Assembly (NCBI GenBank): GCA_022844165.1
Contig: JALHMH010000002.1
Span: forward strand, 160,001 to 224,000
Length of the DNA: 64,000 bases
From: Lysobacterales bacterium
GTDB lineage: Bacteria > Pseudomonadota > Gammaproteobacteria > Xanthomonadales > SZUA-5
Direction: 5' to 3'
A program made the translations under genes and the position numbers. Of the stretch, positions 1 through 10,068 are shown one piece after another. The notes under the pieces are model-generated. The model did no database searches. It was not told the DNA's origin and saw only the letters and a program-made list of their open reading frames with translations. Within the stretch, counting starts at the first letter, position 1, and every line of letters begins with the position of its first letter.

Positions 1-28
1 CCAGAGCCAAAAACGACAGCGATCTCAT
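1..28 (-). CDS. N-terminus of a probably exported protein running off the left edge (partial)
   Basis: Minus-strand ATG at 28 preceded by GGAG; reads MRSLSFLAL..., like a signal-peptide start. Confidence 0.5.
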
Positions 29-118
29 TTCTGTCTCCACGCGACGCGAGTGAGCCTCGATCATCGCACCACGTCGATGCAGCGCCAAGCGCACGAGGCT
101 TTACACAGTGTGCGCGCC

Positions 119-150
119 AAAAAAGAAAACCCGGCACCTGGCCGGGTTCT
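119..150 (-). terminator. Rho-independent terminator of the OmpA gene
   Basis: 8-bp stem AACCCGGC/GCCGGGTT followed by a T-rich run on the minus strand, about 25 nt after the stop. Confidence 0.8.
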
Positions 151-174
151 CTCCACGTCCCGAAACAGCAACGA

Positions 175-1167
175 TTACTGCACGTTCAGATCCGTGCGGC
201 GATTGCGCGCACGGCCTTCGGCGGTGTCGTTGGTGTCGATCGGACGCGATTCGCCGTAGCCGTTGACCGCCGAAATCTTGGCGTCAGAGACGCCTTTGCC
301 GGTCAGATACTCGGCGACCACTTTGGCGCGGCATTCGGACAGACGCTGGTTGTAGGCGTCGGTTCCGACCGAATCGGTGTGACCGGCCACTTCCACGCGA
401 ATCGCGTTGCCGTTCAGTACGCGCACCGCTTCGTCAAGGATCGCGATCGCGTCGGAACGCAACGTGCACTTGTCGAAGTCGAAGTTCACGCCGTTCAGCG
501 TGATCGATACCGGCAGCTGTGCCGGCGGTTCTTCCGGCGGCGGCGGCGGGGGCGGCGGCGGTGGCGGCGGTGGCGGGGCCGGCGGCGGCGGAGGATCGGC
601 TGCGATACCGCCGAAGTAATGCGAGAAGCCGACCGTCAACGTGGTATCCCAGAACTCAAGATTGTCGTCGAGATCGGTGTACTTCTTGGCGATTTCCAAT
701 CGTACGGCGCCACTGTCGGTCACGTCCCATTCGATACCGGCAATCGGACCGATCGACGTGCCGCTTTCATCGATATCGAAACGACTGTTGCCGGCGAAGT
801 CGCCTTCGGCGTCGGCATAACCTGCGGCAATGCCGAGGTACGGATGTACCGCCGTCTCGGTATCGAACAGATAGCGCAGCGCCACCGAGATGGTGGTTTG
901 CTTCCAGTTGTAGAAGTCGAATTCGTTGACATCGTCCTCGAATTCGTTATGCGCCACTTCGCCTTCGATGGTCCAGTTGTCCTTGAACACATATCCAGCG
1001 CCGAGCGCCACGGCCAGGCCATCTTCCGAATTGCGTTCGCCGTCCGGCTTACCGAAGCCGACTTTTGGCGATACGTACCACTGTCCTGCCTCTCGCGGCG
1101 CCGCGGAGGCGCTGAGTGGAAGGGCAACGGCTACCGCGAGTGCGGTCACAAGTAGCGTCTTCTTCAT
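175..1167 (-). CDS. OmpA-family outer membrane protein (beta-barrel + poly-Pro linker + OmpA C-terminal domain)
   Basis: Signal peptide MKKTLLVTALAVAVALPLSASA after an AAGGAG RBS; NFDFDK, GHTDSVG..YNQRLSECRA and GRARNRR motifs. Confidence 0.93.
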   Translation of the reverse strand: MKKTLLVTALAVAVALPLSASAAPREAGQWYVSPKVGFGKPDGERNSEDGLAVALGAGYVFKDNWTIEGEVAHNEFEDDVNEFDFYNWKQTTISVALRYLFDTETAVHPYLGIAAGYADAEGDFAGNSRFDIDESGTSIGPIAGIEWDVTDSGAVRLEIAKKYTDLDDNLEFWDTTLTVGFSHYFGGIAADPPPPPAPPPPPPPPPPPPPPEEPPAQLPVSITLNGVNFDFDKCTLRSDAIAILDEAVRVLNGNAIRVEVAGHTDSVGTDAYNQRLSECRAKVVAEYLTGKGVSDAKISAVNGYGESRPIDTNDTAEGRARNRRTDLNVQ

Positions 1168-1401
1168 GCTGTAGCTCCTTTGAGTTATCTCGATGCACTT
1201 TCGGCGCATACGGGAGTCATCCCACATGGCGCCACATCAAGGGCGAGAGGATTATGCCCCATTAGTATGAATCGTTAGTGGCTGATGAACACAGGCATTG
1301 TCCGACGGATTGCAAAAACACGTGAATGCGGCGGTTCTGCCAACAGGCACAGGCCGCAAAGAACCGATAAACTCCGGTGAGACTGGGAGTGAAGGCCCAA
1401 C

Positions 1402-1869
1402 ATGTACTGTACCCATACCGATCACGCGCATGACCACCGCTCAATGATGACGCGCGTGGAACTGGCCTGCGCCGAACGTGGTCTCAGATTCACCGATCTG
1501 CGTCGGCGCGTCTTTGAGCTGATTGTCGACAGCCAGAAGCCGGTAAAGGCCTACGATCTGCTCGAGCATGTGCGACGCCATGGGACCGGCCCGGCCGCGC
1601 CACCGACGGTTTATCGGGCACTGGATTTTCTGGTCACGCACGGGTTTGTGCATAAGCTCGAAGCGCTCAATGCCTTTGTGCCGTGCCCTCACCCGGATGC
1701 CGGGCATGGGGCAGGCCAGTTTCTCATTTGCGAGCGTTGCCATTCGGTGGTCGAGTTCGATGCCGATGTATTGGCCGATCGGATCGTGCTCCAGGCGCAA
1801 GCGCAGGGCTTTGCGGTGCGTCGCCATGTCGTTGAGGTCTACGGATTATGCGCAGCTTGCCGATCTTAG
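1402..1869 (+). CDS. zur: Fur-family regulator, Zur-like
   Basis: His-rich N-terminus, KAYDLL, APPTVYRALDFL, CERC and CAAC zinc motifs. Confidence 0.85.
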   Translation: MYCTHTDHAHDHRSMMTRVELACAERGLRFTDLRRRVFELIVDSQKPVKAYDLLEHVRRHGTGPAAPPTVYRALDFLVTHGFVHKLEALNAFVPCPHPDAGHGAGQFLICERCHSVVEFDADVLADRIVLQAQAQGFAVRRHVVEVYGLCAACRS

Positions 1870-3125
1870 CCCTGGCAATGTGTAGCGCTCTTTTTGCGCA
1901 AACGCCGCAACCGGATACGGTCGAATCGGCAACGCCGGCCGCCCAGACGACTCCAGCAACCGTAATAGATCCAGCGCCAGCGGCGCCGATCGATCCGGAG
2001 AGTCCATCTTCGGCTGTGCCGCTGCCGCCGGTCTGGGGCGCTATCGAGCTGTTGGGTTCAAGCATCGAGCCCGGCCAGCGGCAACGATTGTCATGGAGCA
2101 GCGGCTCGACTTTCACTGGCGAGCCGATGGCGACGCCGGTCAATGTCCTGCACGGCACCAATCCGGGAAAGGTGCTGTGTTTGACCGGTGGGGTGCATGG
2201 CGATGAGTTGAACGGCGTCGAGGTGATACGCCGCGTGGCGGCGATGCTCGATCCGACGGAACTCAACGGCACACTGATCGCGGTGCCGATCGTGAATATG
2301 GCCGGCTTTGCTCGCGGCTCGCGGTATTTGCCCGATCGCCGCGATCTCAATCGGTTCTTCCCTGGAAATCCGAATGGCAGCAGCGCATCGCGCATCGCCT
2401 TTGATTTTTACCAGCAAATCGTGCGACGGTGCGATGCACTGGTCGACTTTCACACCGGCTCCTTCGAGCGTAGCAACTTGCCACAAGTGCGCGGCGACAT
2501 GCGCATTCCGGCCGTCGTCGATCTGACGCGTCTGTTTGGCGCAACAGCCGTGCTGCATACGCCCGGTGCGACCGGCATGTTGCGCCGCGCCGCAACCGAT
2601 CACGGCATTCCCGCAGTGACCTTCGAATTGGGCGCGCCGATCCGACTTGAGCCGGTGGAAATCGAGCATGGCGTCACTGCGATCGAAACTCTGATGAACA
2701 ACCTCGGCATGACCGCCAGCGTCCGCATGTGGCGCGAGCCGCAGCCCATCTTCTACGAGTCGCGCTGGGTGCGGGCCATTGCCTCCGGGATGCTGTTTGC
2801 CGATGTCCGACTCGGCGACCGCGTGCGCGCCGGGCAGCGACTCGGTCGGATCGTCAATCCGGTCAACGACCGCAGCATTGAGCTCAGTTCGCCGGTGCGC
2901 GGACGCGTACTCGGAATGGCACTGAATCAGGTGGTGCTGCCGGGATTTGCGGCCTTTCACATCGGCGAAGAAGCTTCCGAAGCCGAACTGATTCGCGACG
3001 CGAGGGTCGAGCCTGAACCGGCGAGCGAAGAGCTTGAACGCATGGACGAAGGCTCTGAGGGCGTCGGCGATAGTGTCGAAGGATCGACCGAGCAAGTGGA
3101 TGCGGCGGGCGATCCTGGGGGATAA
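1848..3125 (+). CDS. Secreted succinylglutamate desuccinylase/aspartoacylase-family (M14-like) zinc hydrolase
   Basis: Signal peptide; HGDELNG, DLNRFFPG, DFHTG and FELG motifs. Confidence 0.85.
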   Translation: MRSLPILALAMCSALFAQTPQPDTVESATPAAQTTPATVIDPAPAAPIDPESPSSAVPLPPVWGAIELLGSSIEPGQRQRLSWSSGSTFTGEPMATPVNVLHGTNPGKVLCLTGGVHGDELNGVEVIRRVAAMLDPTELNGTLIAVPIVNMAGFARGSRYLPDRRDLNRFFPGNPNGSSASRIAFDFYQQIVRRCDALVDFHTGSFERSNLPQVRGDMRIPAVVDLTRLFGATAVLHTPGATGMLRRAATDHGIPAVTFELGAPIRLEPVEIEHGVTAIETLMNNLGMTASVRMWREPQPIFYESRWVRAIASGMLFADVRLGDRVRAGQRLGRIVNPVNDRSIELSSPVRGRVLGMALNQVVLPGFAAFHIGEEASEAELIRDARVEPEPASEELERMDEGSEGVGDSVEGSTEQVDAAGDPGG

Positions 3126-3225
3126 CCTGTCGTTTCGCGAAGGCCGCAGTCGCCAAATCGTTGTGCGCAAGTCGTGCTCCGGTGCGCAGCCGCGCTCGTC
3201 GACAGACAATCCGTTGTGTGCGTCG

Positions 3226-3241
3226 CTGTATACGATTTCAG
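3226..3241 (+). promoter_or_regulatory. Candidate LacI-family operator upstream of the MFS-GH13 operon
   Basis: CTGTATACGATTTCAG, a CG-centred pseudo-palindrome, 14/16 identical to the reverse complement of 18976-18991. Confidence 0.65.
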
Positions 3242-3319
3242 TGTCAGCCGCGTGACGCAGAAGTGCCGCGCAATAGCGGATGCTTGCGCCACTTTCGTGC
3301 ACGCTCGGGAGGCGGCGAA

Positions 3320-4702
3320 ATGAGAGACAAACCGATGCTGTCGTTTTGGCAGATCTGGAACATGTCGTTCGGATTCCTCGGCATCCAGTTCGGCTTTGCG
3401 TTGCAAGGCGGTTTTATGTCGCGCATTTTCCAGACGCTGGGCGCGGAGAAGGACGCGCTGCCTTTGCTTTGGATCGCCGCGCCGCTGACGGGTCTCCTGG
3501 TACAACCGATCATCGGTTACCTGTCGGATCGCACATGGCATCCGATCCTGGGTCGTCGACGGCCGTACTTTTTGATCGGCGCGATCCTGAGCTCTGCGGC
3601 GCTTCTGGTGATGCCGCACAGTCCAGCCCTATGGATGGCGGCCGGGCTGTTATGGGTCCTGGATGCTTCGATCAACATCAGCATGGAGCCATTCCGCGCG
3701 TTGGTCGCGGATAAGTTGCCGGAGAAGCAGCGCTCCTATGGTTTTGTGGTGCAAACCCTGATCATCGGTATCGGGACCTGGGTGGCCAGCAGCTTGCCGT
3801 GGTTGGTGACCTCCTTCGGTGTTTCGAACGAAGCCGGTCCGGGCGTCGTCCCAGATTCGGTCAAAGTGGCATTTGCGATCGGCGCAGGCGTGTTTTTATT
3901 CAGCATCCTGCTCACCATTTTGACCACAAGAGAGGATCCGCCAGAAGACCTGCAGCGCTTCGAAGAGGAAAAGCGCGGTGGTCGGCTGTGGGTCGACATC
4001 CTCAGCAATATTCGCCAGATGCCGGTGCAGATGGTCAATCTCGGTATCGTCCAGTTTTTCTCCTGGCTGGCATTTTTCAGTATGTGGAGCATGGCGACCC
4101 CGGGACTGACCGAACACGTTTTCCAGGCGCCCGCCCCGAATCCTGCGGGCTTCGATATGAACGTTGCTGCGCAAGCACAGGCCTTCACCGCAGCCAACCA
4201 GGCCTTCCAGAACGCAGCGGATCTGGTCGGTTCTTACATGGGCTATTACGGGTTGTCGTCGATGCTGGTGGCGCTGTTGTTGAGCTTTTATGCAGCGCAT
4301 TTTGTGCTGAATCGGCGCCTTATGCACTTCGTCTCCCTGATGCTGGGCGGCGTTGGCTTTTTGTCCATGGCCTTCGTGCCTGCGCCGAACTGGTTGATCG
4401 CCAGTTTCGCACTGGTGGGCGTTGCCTGGGCGAGCATTCTTTCGATGCCTTATGCGTTGCTTGCCAGCGCCATCGACCCGAAAAAAATGGGCGTGTACAT
4501 GGGCATCTTCAATATGTTTATTGTGATCCCGCAGATCGTTGCAGCCACGCTACTTGGCCCAGTGATTCGTGAGTTGTTCGACAATCACGCGATCTATGCG
4601 CTGATGTTGAGTGGTGCGAGTCTGATCATCGGTGCCTTGTGTCTGGTGCGCGTTGAAGAGCCACGAATCCTGGCGCCGAATTCGTTCGCTGCCAGTCACT
4701 GA
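3320..4702 (+). CDS. MFS sugar transporter (maltose/sucrose-transporter-like)
   Basis: Start MRDKPMLSFWQIWNMSFGFLGIQFG after GGAGG; GRRRPYF motif; many hydrophobic helices. Confidence 0.9.
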   Translation: MRDKPMLSFWQIWNMSFGFLGIQFGFALQGGFMSRIFQTLGAEKDALPLLWIAAPLTGLLVQPIIGYLSDRTWHPILGRRRPYFLIGAILSSAALLVMPHSPALWMAAGLLWVLDASINISMEPFRALVADKLPEKQRSYGFVVQTLIIGIGTWVASSLPWLVTSFGVSNEAGPGVVPDSVKVAFAIGAGVFLFSILLTILTTREDPPEDLQRFEEEKRGGRLWVDILSNIRQMPVQMVNLGIVQFFSWLAFFSMWSMATPGLTEHVFQAPAPNPAGFDMNVAAQAQAFTAANQAFQNAADLVGSYMGYYGLSSMLVALLLSFYAAHFVLNRRLMHFVSLMLGGVGFLSMAFVPAPNWLIASFALVGVAWASILSMPYALLASAIDPKKMGVYMGIFNMFIVIPQIVAATLLGPVIRELFDNHAIYALMLSGASLIIGALCLVRVEEPRILAPNSFAASH

Positions 4703-4740
4703 TCGCACATGGAGTCAGGCATTTCGCGAAGGACGCTGGC

Positions 4741-6432
4741 ATGATGATTGTGCATAACCGTTGGATCAAACTCTGCGCCCTGGCCGCATTCGTGCTGGCG
4801 GGGCTCGGCGCCTGTGCGCCGACGCCACAGACCCTCGTTGAACCATCGTCGATGCGCGAGATCGTCGGCACCAACGAGCCGTTCGCCAGCGAGAACGTCT
4901 ACTTCGTTTTGACCGACCGGTTCGTCAATGGCGATCACCGCAACGATCAGCGCGATCAGGGTGGTCCGAATCGCACGTTCGATCGACCCACACCCGGTGC
5001 GCCGCCCGGCAAGACCGATAACATTGGCTATCTGGGCGGCGATTTCAAAGGGCTGCTCGATAACGCCGACTACATCGCCGAGATGGGCTTTACGGCCGTC
5101 TGGTTGACGCCGGTCGTCGATAATCCTGATGAGGCCTTTACTGGTGGCGATCCTGCGCGTTGGGACACCAGCATGTCGGACCGTGGCAAAACCGGTTATC
5201 ACGGCTATTGGGGCGTCAACTTCTACAAGCTCGATGAACATTTGCCGAGTGCCGGCCTGGGCTTCGCCGAACTCACCGCCGGGCTCAAACAAAAGGGCCT
5301 GAAGACGGTGCTGGACGTGGTCGCCAACCATGGCTCACCGTCGTTCACGATGCCGGTCGATCAAGCGAAATATGGCGAGCTGTATGACAAAGACAATCGA
5401 CTGATCGCGGATCACCAGAACCTGCCGCCAGAGGAATTGCGGCCCGATGCCAACCCTTTGCATCGCTTCTATCGAGCCGAAAGAGATCTAGTGCAGCTGT
5501 CGAACCTGGACGACCGTCGGCCCGAGGTGATGGAGTACCTGGTGGGCGCCTATACGCAGTGGCTGGACCAGGGCGCAGACGCGTTGCGGCTGGACACCAT
5601 CGGCCATATGCCGCACACGTTCTGGGCGGAGTTTGCGCGGCGCATGCGTGCCCATCGGCCGGGCATCTTCTTGTTCGGCGAACGCTTTGCGTATGAGCCT
5701 GAAAAGATCGCTGAGCACACGTTGGTCGAAAACGGCGCTTTGAGTGTGCTCGATTTCCCGCTGAAAAAAGCCATGGGCGAGGTGTTCGAGAACCCGGACA
5801 GCGACTATCGCCAGATCGAGGTGGCGCTGTTTCTGAAAGGCGGCCCGTATCGCAACGTGTACGAGTTGACGACGTTCTACGATAACCACGATATGCCGCG
5901 CTTGAATGCCAGCGACGAAGGCTTTATCGATGCCAATCACCTGCTGTTTACAGTGCGCGGAATCCCGGTCGTCTACTACGGATCGGAGTCCGGATTCATG
6001 CGTGGTACGCAAGAGCATCAAGGCAACCGCAACTACTTCGGCAGCGAAGGCATCGCGGGCGCCCGGCAAAGTCTGGTCCGCGAGAAGCTGATGCGCATTG
6101 CCAAAGTGCGGCGCGATACGCCGGCTTTGCAGCGCGGCGTGCAGGTGAACATCGAATTCAACGGGCACCGCGCGGCGTTTTATCGCGTGTACCAGCAAAA
6201 TGGTGTCGCGCAAACCGCGCTGGTATTGCTGAACAAGGGCAACGCGCCAGAGCGCTTTGCGATCGGTGCGATGGCGCAAAAGGGACGCTGGAGAAGCGCG
6301 ATTGATGGTCGCGAGCGACAGATCGATGGCCCGGTGGAACTCACGGTCGGCCCACATGATGTTGAGGTGTTGCTACGGAATGCACCGATCACATCGCCTG
6401 CTTTGCTCGAAGCGCTGGAAGGCGATGGGTAA
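4741..6432 (+). CDS. GH13 alpha-amylase/CGTase-like lipoprotein
   Basis: Lipobox-like LGAC; TDRF, GGDFKG, YHGYW, catalytic RLDT / FGE / DNHD. Confidence 0.9.
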   Translation: MMIVHNRWIKLCALAAFVLAGLGACAPTPQTLVEPSSMREIVGTNEPFASENVYFVLTDRFVNGDHRNDQRDQGGPNRTFDRPTPGAPPGKTDNIGYLGGDFKGLLDNADYIAEMGFTAVWLTPVVDNPDEAFTGGDPARWDTSMSDRGKTGYHGYWGVNFYKLDEHLPSAGLGFAELTAGLKQKGLKTVLDVVANHGSPSFTMPVDQAKYGELYDKDNRLIADHQNLPPEELRPDANPLHRFYRAERDLVQLSNLDDRRPEVMEYLVGAYTQWLDQGADALRLDTIGHMPHTFWAEFARRMRAHRPGIFLFGERFAYEPEKIAEHTLVENGALSVLDFPLKKAMGEVFENPDSDYRQIEVALFLKGGPYRNVYELTTFYDNHDMPRLNASDEGFIDANHLLFTVRGIPVVYYGSESGFMRGTQEHQGNRNYFGSEGIAGARQSLVREKLMRIAKVRRDTPALQRGVQVNIEFNGHRAAFYRVYQQNGVAQTALVLLNKGNAPERFAIGAMAQKGRWRSAIDGRERQIDGPVELTVGPHDVEVLLRNAPITSPALLEALEGDG

Positions 6433-6447
6433 TTTGATACCACCCAC

Positions 6448-7089
6448 CTACCGCCCCGGCTGGTTGCCCCACAGCACTTTGTGCAGCTGCATCTGAAAAC
6501 GCACTGGCAGGCGATCGGCGACGATCCAGTCGGCCAGCTGTGCAGCAGCGAGGGTCTCGGTGACCGGCGAGAACAGCACGGTGCAGCGTTCCGCCAGTGC
6601 GCGCGAACGGACCATGCTGACGGACCAATCGTAATCGGCACGGTCGGCGATCACGAATTTGAGCTGATCGCCGGGCGCGAGCAACGCGATGTTTTCCAGA
6701 TGGTTCCGCGCCACTTCGCCGGAGCCCGGACACTTGATGTCGACAACTTTGCTGACGCGCGGATCGACGGCTGATACGTCGAGCGCGCCCGAGGTTTCCA
6801 GAGACACCGCATAACCTCGATCGCATAAGGCCGCCAGCAGCGGTATACAAGCGCGCTGCGCGAGCGGTTCGCCGCCGGTGACGCAGACGTGGCGCACGCC
6901 GAATGCATCCACGCGCGCTACGACATCATCCAAATCGATTTTTTCGCCGCCGGTGAAGGAGTAGTTCGTGTCGCACCAAACGCAGCGCAGCGGGCAGCCG
7001 GTGAGGCGTATGAACACCGTCGGCCAGCCGATGGCATTCGCCTCTCCCTGGATCGACAGGAAAATTTCGGTCAGGCGCAGAGTGGTCAT
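6448..7089 (-). CDS. queE: 7-carboxy-7-deazaguanine synthase QueE
   Basis: EIFLSIQGE, radical-SAM CPLRCVWCD, TGGEP, QLHKVLW; usual position after cpoB. Confidence 0.95.
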   Translation of the reverse strand: MTTLRLTEIFLSIQGEANAIGWPTVFIRLTGCPLRCVWCDTNYSFTGGEKIDLDDVVARVDAFGVRHVCVTGGEPLAQRACIPLLAALCDRGYAVSLETSGALDVSAVDPRVSKVVDIKCPGSGEVARNHLENIALLAPGDQLKFVIADRADYDWSVSMVRSRALAERCTVLFSPVTETLAAAQLADWIVADRLPVRFQMQLHKVLWGNQPGR

Positions 7090-7200
7090 TCGAATGGCGG
7101 TACCAAGCGACCGGTGAGTCCCGCCAATCGGCAGCCGGGGCGACGGCATGAAGGCGATGCGCGGCGCAAAACCATGCGCATCGCCGTTGCACGGCAGAAA

Positions 7201-8076
7201 CTACTGACCATCAAGTCGCAACGCGCGCAAACGTCCCTGTGCCAACCGCGCCACCGGCGTATCCGGATAACGATCGATGACTTCGTTCAAGGTGCGCGCG
7301 GCGCGCGTTGGATCGCCCAATTCGTATTGGCAATAACCGACTTTGAGCAAAGCATCCGGTGCCTTGCGACTGTCCGGGAACCGACTCAGCAGCGTTTGGA
7401 AAGTCTCCAGGGCGATTTCGTAGTTCTGCGTGACGTAATAGGATTCGCCGAGCCAGTAGGTCGCGTTGCCGGCGAATTCGCCATTCGGGAACTGTTGCAC
7501 AAAACCGGAAAACAGCTCCGAGGATTCGGCATAGCGTCCCTGCTTTAACGCTTCGAACGCAGCCTCGTAGGCGATCTTTTCGTCGGCACTGGCGATGGGG
7601 CCGGCGACGCCGCCGCCGACTGTCTCAGCGCCCGCAGGCGGGATTCGGGTGATTTGCGTTTCCGGCGCCGAGAGCACTGGCTCATCGTTGCCCAGCTGAT
7701 TTGGCGCTGGTGTTTCGATGGGTGCGCTCGCGACGGGTCTGGAAGGCACCGTCACACCGCCACCTTCGATCCGCTGCAACCGGGAATCGAGGTCGAGATA
7801 CTGGTTCTTCAATTGCTTTTGCAGGTTCTGGATTTCGAAAGCCTGACTCTCGACCAAACCGCGCAAATTCTGAACCTCAGCTTGAAGCTCTTGATTGCGC
7901 ATCGTTAGTTCGGCCATTGAGCCGCCCTGACTGTTGCCCTGCGCCATTCGCTCCAGCTGTTCGACGCGTTCGGCGAGGCTCAATCGGCCTTGGGAAAATG
8001 CGGATCCCGAAAACAATACGGCGGCCAACAGGGCCGCCGTCAGGGATCGATGCTTGATGCTGCGTGCGTCGATCAT
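7201..8076 (-). CDS. cpoB: Tol-Pal system protein CpoB/YbgF
   Basis: Signal peptide, coiled coil, TPRs (YWLGESYY, PDALLKVG); follows pal. Confidence 0.93.
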   Translation of the reverse strand: MIDARSIKHRSLTAALLAAVLFSGSAFSQGRLSLAERVEQLERMAQGNSQGGSMAELTMRNQELQAEVQNLRGLVESQAFEIQNLQKQLKNQYLDLDSRLQRIEGGGVTVPSRPVASAPIETPAPNQLGNDEPVLSAPETQITRIPPAGAETVGGGVAGPIASADEKIAYEAAFEALKQGRYAESSELFSGFVQQFPNGEFAGNATYWLGESYYVTQNYEIALETFQTLLSRFPDSRKAPDALLKVGYCQYELGDPTRAARTLNEVIDRYPDTPVARLAQGRLRALRLDGQ

Positions 8077-8173
8077 CACATTCCTCGTTCAATCCTGGCA
8101 TGACGCCGTTGAACTGTCATTTTAGAGCCGATGCGGCGCCTTGGCGCCACATCGGCAAATCGCGTTCAGCGAA

Positions 8174-8692
8174 CTACTGCTTGGCGGTGTAGACGATTTC
8201 CGCGCGACGATTCTTGGCAAAGCAGCTCTCATCCGACTCCATGCAAGTCGGGCGCTCTTCGCCGTAGGAGATCACAGACACTTGCTCGCTGCGGCCACCG
8301 TTGGCCAGGAGCAGATCGCGCACCGAGTTGCCGCGGCGCTCGCCCAGGCCCAGGTTGTATTCCGGCGTGCCGCGCTCATCGGCGTGGCCTTCCAGCGAAA
8401 TACGCGCGCCGGGGTTCGAAGCCAGCCACTTGCCATGGCATTGCAGCATTTCCATCGCTTCGGATTTCAGTGTCGATTGGTCGTAATCGAAATACGCAAC
8501 GCGCGAGACCAGGCAGGCTTTGGTGTCGAGCAGCGTCGGATCGGTCCAGCTTTCAGCGGCAGGAGCTTGAGTCGACGACTGGGACGACGGCGCATCGCTG
8601 GTGGTTGTCACCGGTTCGACAACTTTCTTGGCGCACGCGCCCAAACCAACAGCAGCGATTGCGATCACGAGCAAACGGACAGGGGTGTTCAT
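8174..8692 (-). CDS. pal: Peptidoglycan-associated lipoprotein Pal
   Basis: Lipobox LGAC; YFDYD, GHADERGTPEYNLGLGERR, SYGEERP. Confidence 0.96.
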   Translation of the reverse strand: MNTPVRLLVIAIAAVGLGACAKKVVEPVTTTSDAPSSQSSTQAPAAESWTDPTLLDTKACLVSRVAYFDYDQSTLKSEAMEMLQCHGKWLASNPGARISLEGHADERGTPEYNLGLGERRGNSVRDLLLANGGRSEQVSVISYGEERPTCMESDESCFAKNRRAEIVYTAKQ

Positions 8693-8764
8693 TGAGTTAT
8701 TCCTTCCTATGGATTGAAGCAGGGCAAGCAAACAGGTTCGGCGCGGCAATTTAATCAGTTGGTG

Positions 8765-10063
8765 TTAACGCTGCCTGAAGGGGCCCCAAGCCGGTTCACG
8801 AATATTGCCATCGGCGATGGCAAGCCGTGAGCGCACCGAGCCATCGGTGGCGGCGGAATACAACACTCCGCGATTCCCCTCGCGTGCAGCGTACAGCACC
8901 ATACTGGCGTTCGGCGCGAAGCTGGGAGACTCATCCAATGGCCCTGGCGAGATCAATCTGACCGTCCCCGAGCCCCCACGCTGGCGATCCAAAACCGCGA
9001 TACGATACACATTTCTATTGCCCTGCACCATGGCCAGAAGCCCGCCGTCATAGCTGATATCGACGCCGGCGTTGTAATCACCGATGGATGTCACGCGCGT
9101 GGGTGAACCGCCATTGGCTGGCATCGAATAGATTTGCGGCTTGCCGGCACGGTCGGAGGTGAACAGCAGGCTCTCGCCGCCGGGCGTCCATGCGGATTCG
9201 GTATCGATGGAAAAGTGTCGAGTCAGTTGCGTCAGGCTCTTGCTCGCGAGATTGAGTGTGTAAATCTCCGGGTTGCCGCTGCGCGACAAAGTGACCGCCA
9301 GGGAGCTTCCATCTGGCGAAAACGCCGGTGCCCCATTAATGCCTTTGAATGCAGTCATCACCTGGCGCTGGGTTGAGGCCAGATCGTGGATGAAAATTGC
9401 CGGCCCTTCTTTGCGCTCGAAGCTGACATACGCCAGTTTTTTGCCGTCCGGCGACCATGCCGGCGACAAATACGGATCGTTGTCCTTGGTGATCCACTGC
9501 GCGTTGAAGCCATCGTAGTCGGCCACCCACACCGCGTATTCGAACTCACCGTTGCTTTGGCGCTTGTTGGTAATGTAAGCGATGCGGGTGGAGAAGGCGC
9601 CGCGTTTTCGGGTGATTTTTTCGTAGACCATATCGCTGATCTGGTGCGCGACGCCACGAAAGCCGCCGGGCCGGACCGGCAAGGAGAACGCGAGTTCCGA
9701 GGACTTTTTCACCAGATTGTGCAGCTCGAATTCGACGCGGTAACCGGCCTCGGCCTGCTGGATGCGGCCGATGACGATGTAGTCTTGTTTGTAAACGCCC
9801 CAGCGCTCAAAGTTGATCTCGTTGCCACGCGCGGGCATTTGCGGCAAGTCCTTGCGTGCCATCGAGCGGAACTGCCCTGTGCGGTCAAGGTCGGTCGCAA
9901 TGACCTGAGCCACGTCGGTGCCGTCCGGCATCGCTGCGGCTTCCCAGGCGAAAGGTACGATGGCGATCGGGATTGCCGACTCCCTGCCTTTCGTGATGTC
10001 GATTTCCATCTGCGCGTGAGCGATGGTTGAGAGCAACAGACACAGCAAGCAGTAGATGCGCAT
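8765..10063 (-). CDS. tolB: TolB
   Basis: Start MRIYCLL; PIAIVPF, AHQISD, PD40 repeats (SPAWSPDG, APAFSPDG), EPAWGP. Confidence 0.95.
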   Translation of the reverse strand: MRIYCLLCLLLSTIAHAQMEIDITKGRESAIPIAIVPFAWEAAAMPDGTDVAQVIATDLDRTGQFRSMARKDLPQMPARGNEINFERWGVYKQDYIVIGRIQQAEAGYRVEFELHNLVKKSSELAFSLPVRPGGFRGVAHQISDMVYEKITRKRGAFSTRIAYITNKRQSNGEFEYAVWVADYDGFNAQWITKDNDPYLSPAWSPDGKKLAYVSFERKEGPAIFIHDLASTQRQVMTAFKGINGAPAFSPDGSSLAVTLSRSGNPEIYTLNLASKSLTQLTRHFSIDTESAWTPGGESLLFTSDRAGKPQIYSMPANGGSPTRVTSIGDYNAGVDISYDGGLLAMVQGNRNVYRIAVLDRQRGGSGTVRLISPGPLDESPSFAPNASMVLYAAREGNRGVLYSAATDGSVRSRLAIADGNIREPAWGPFRQR

Positions 10064-10068
10064 AAGGC

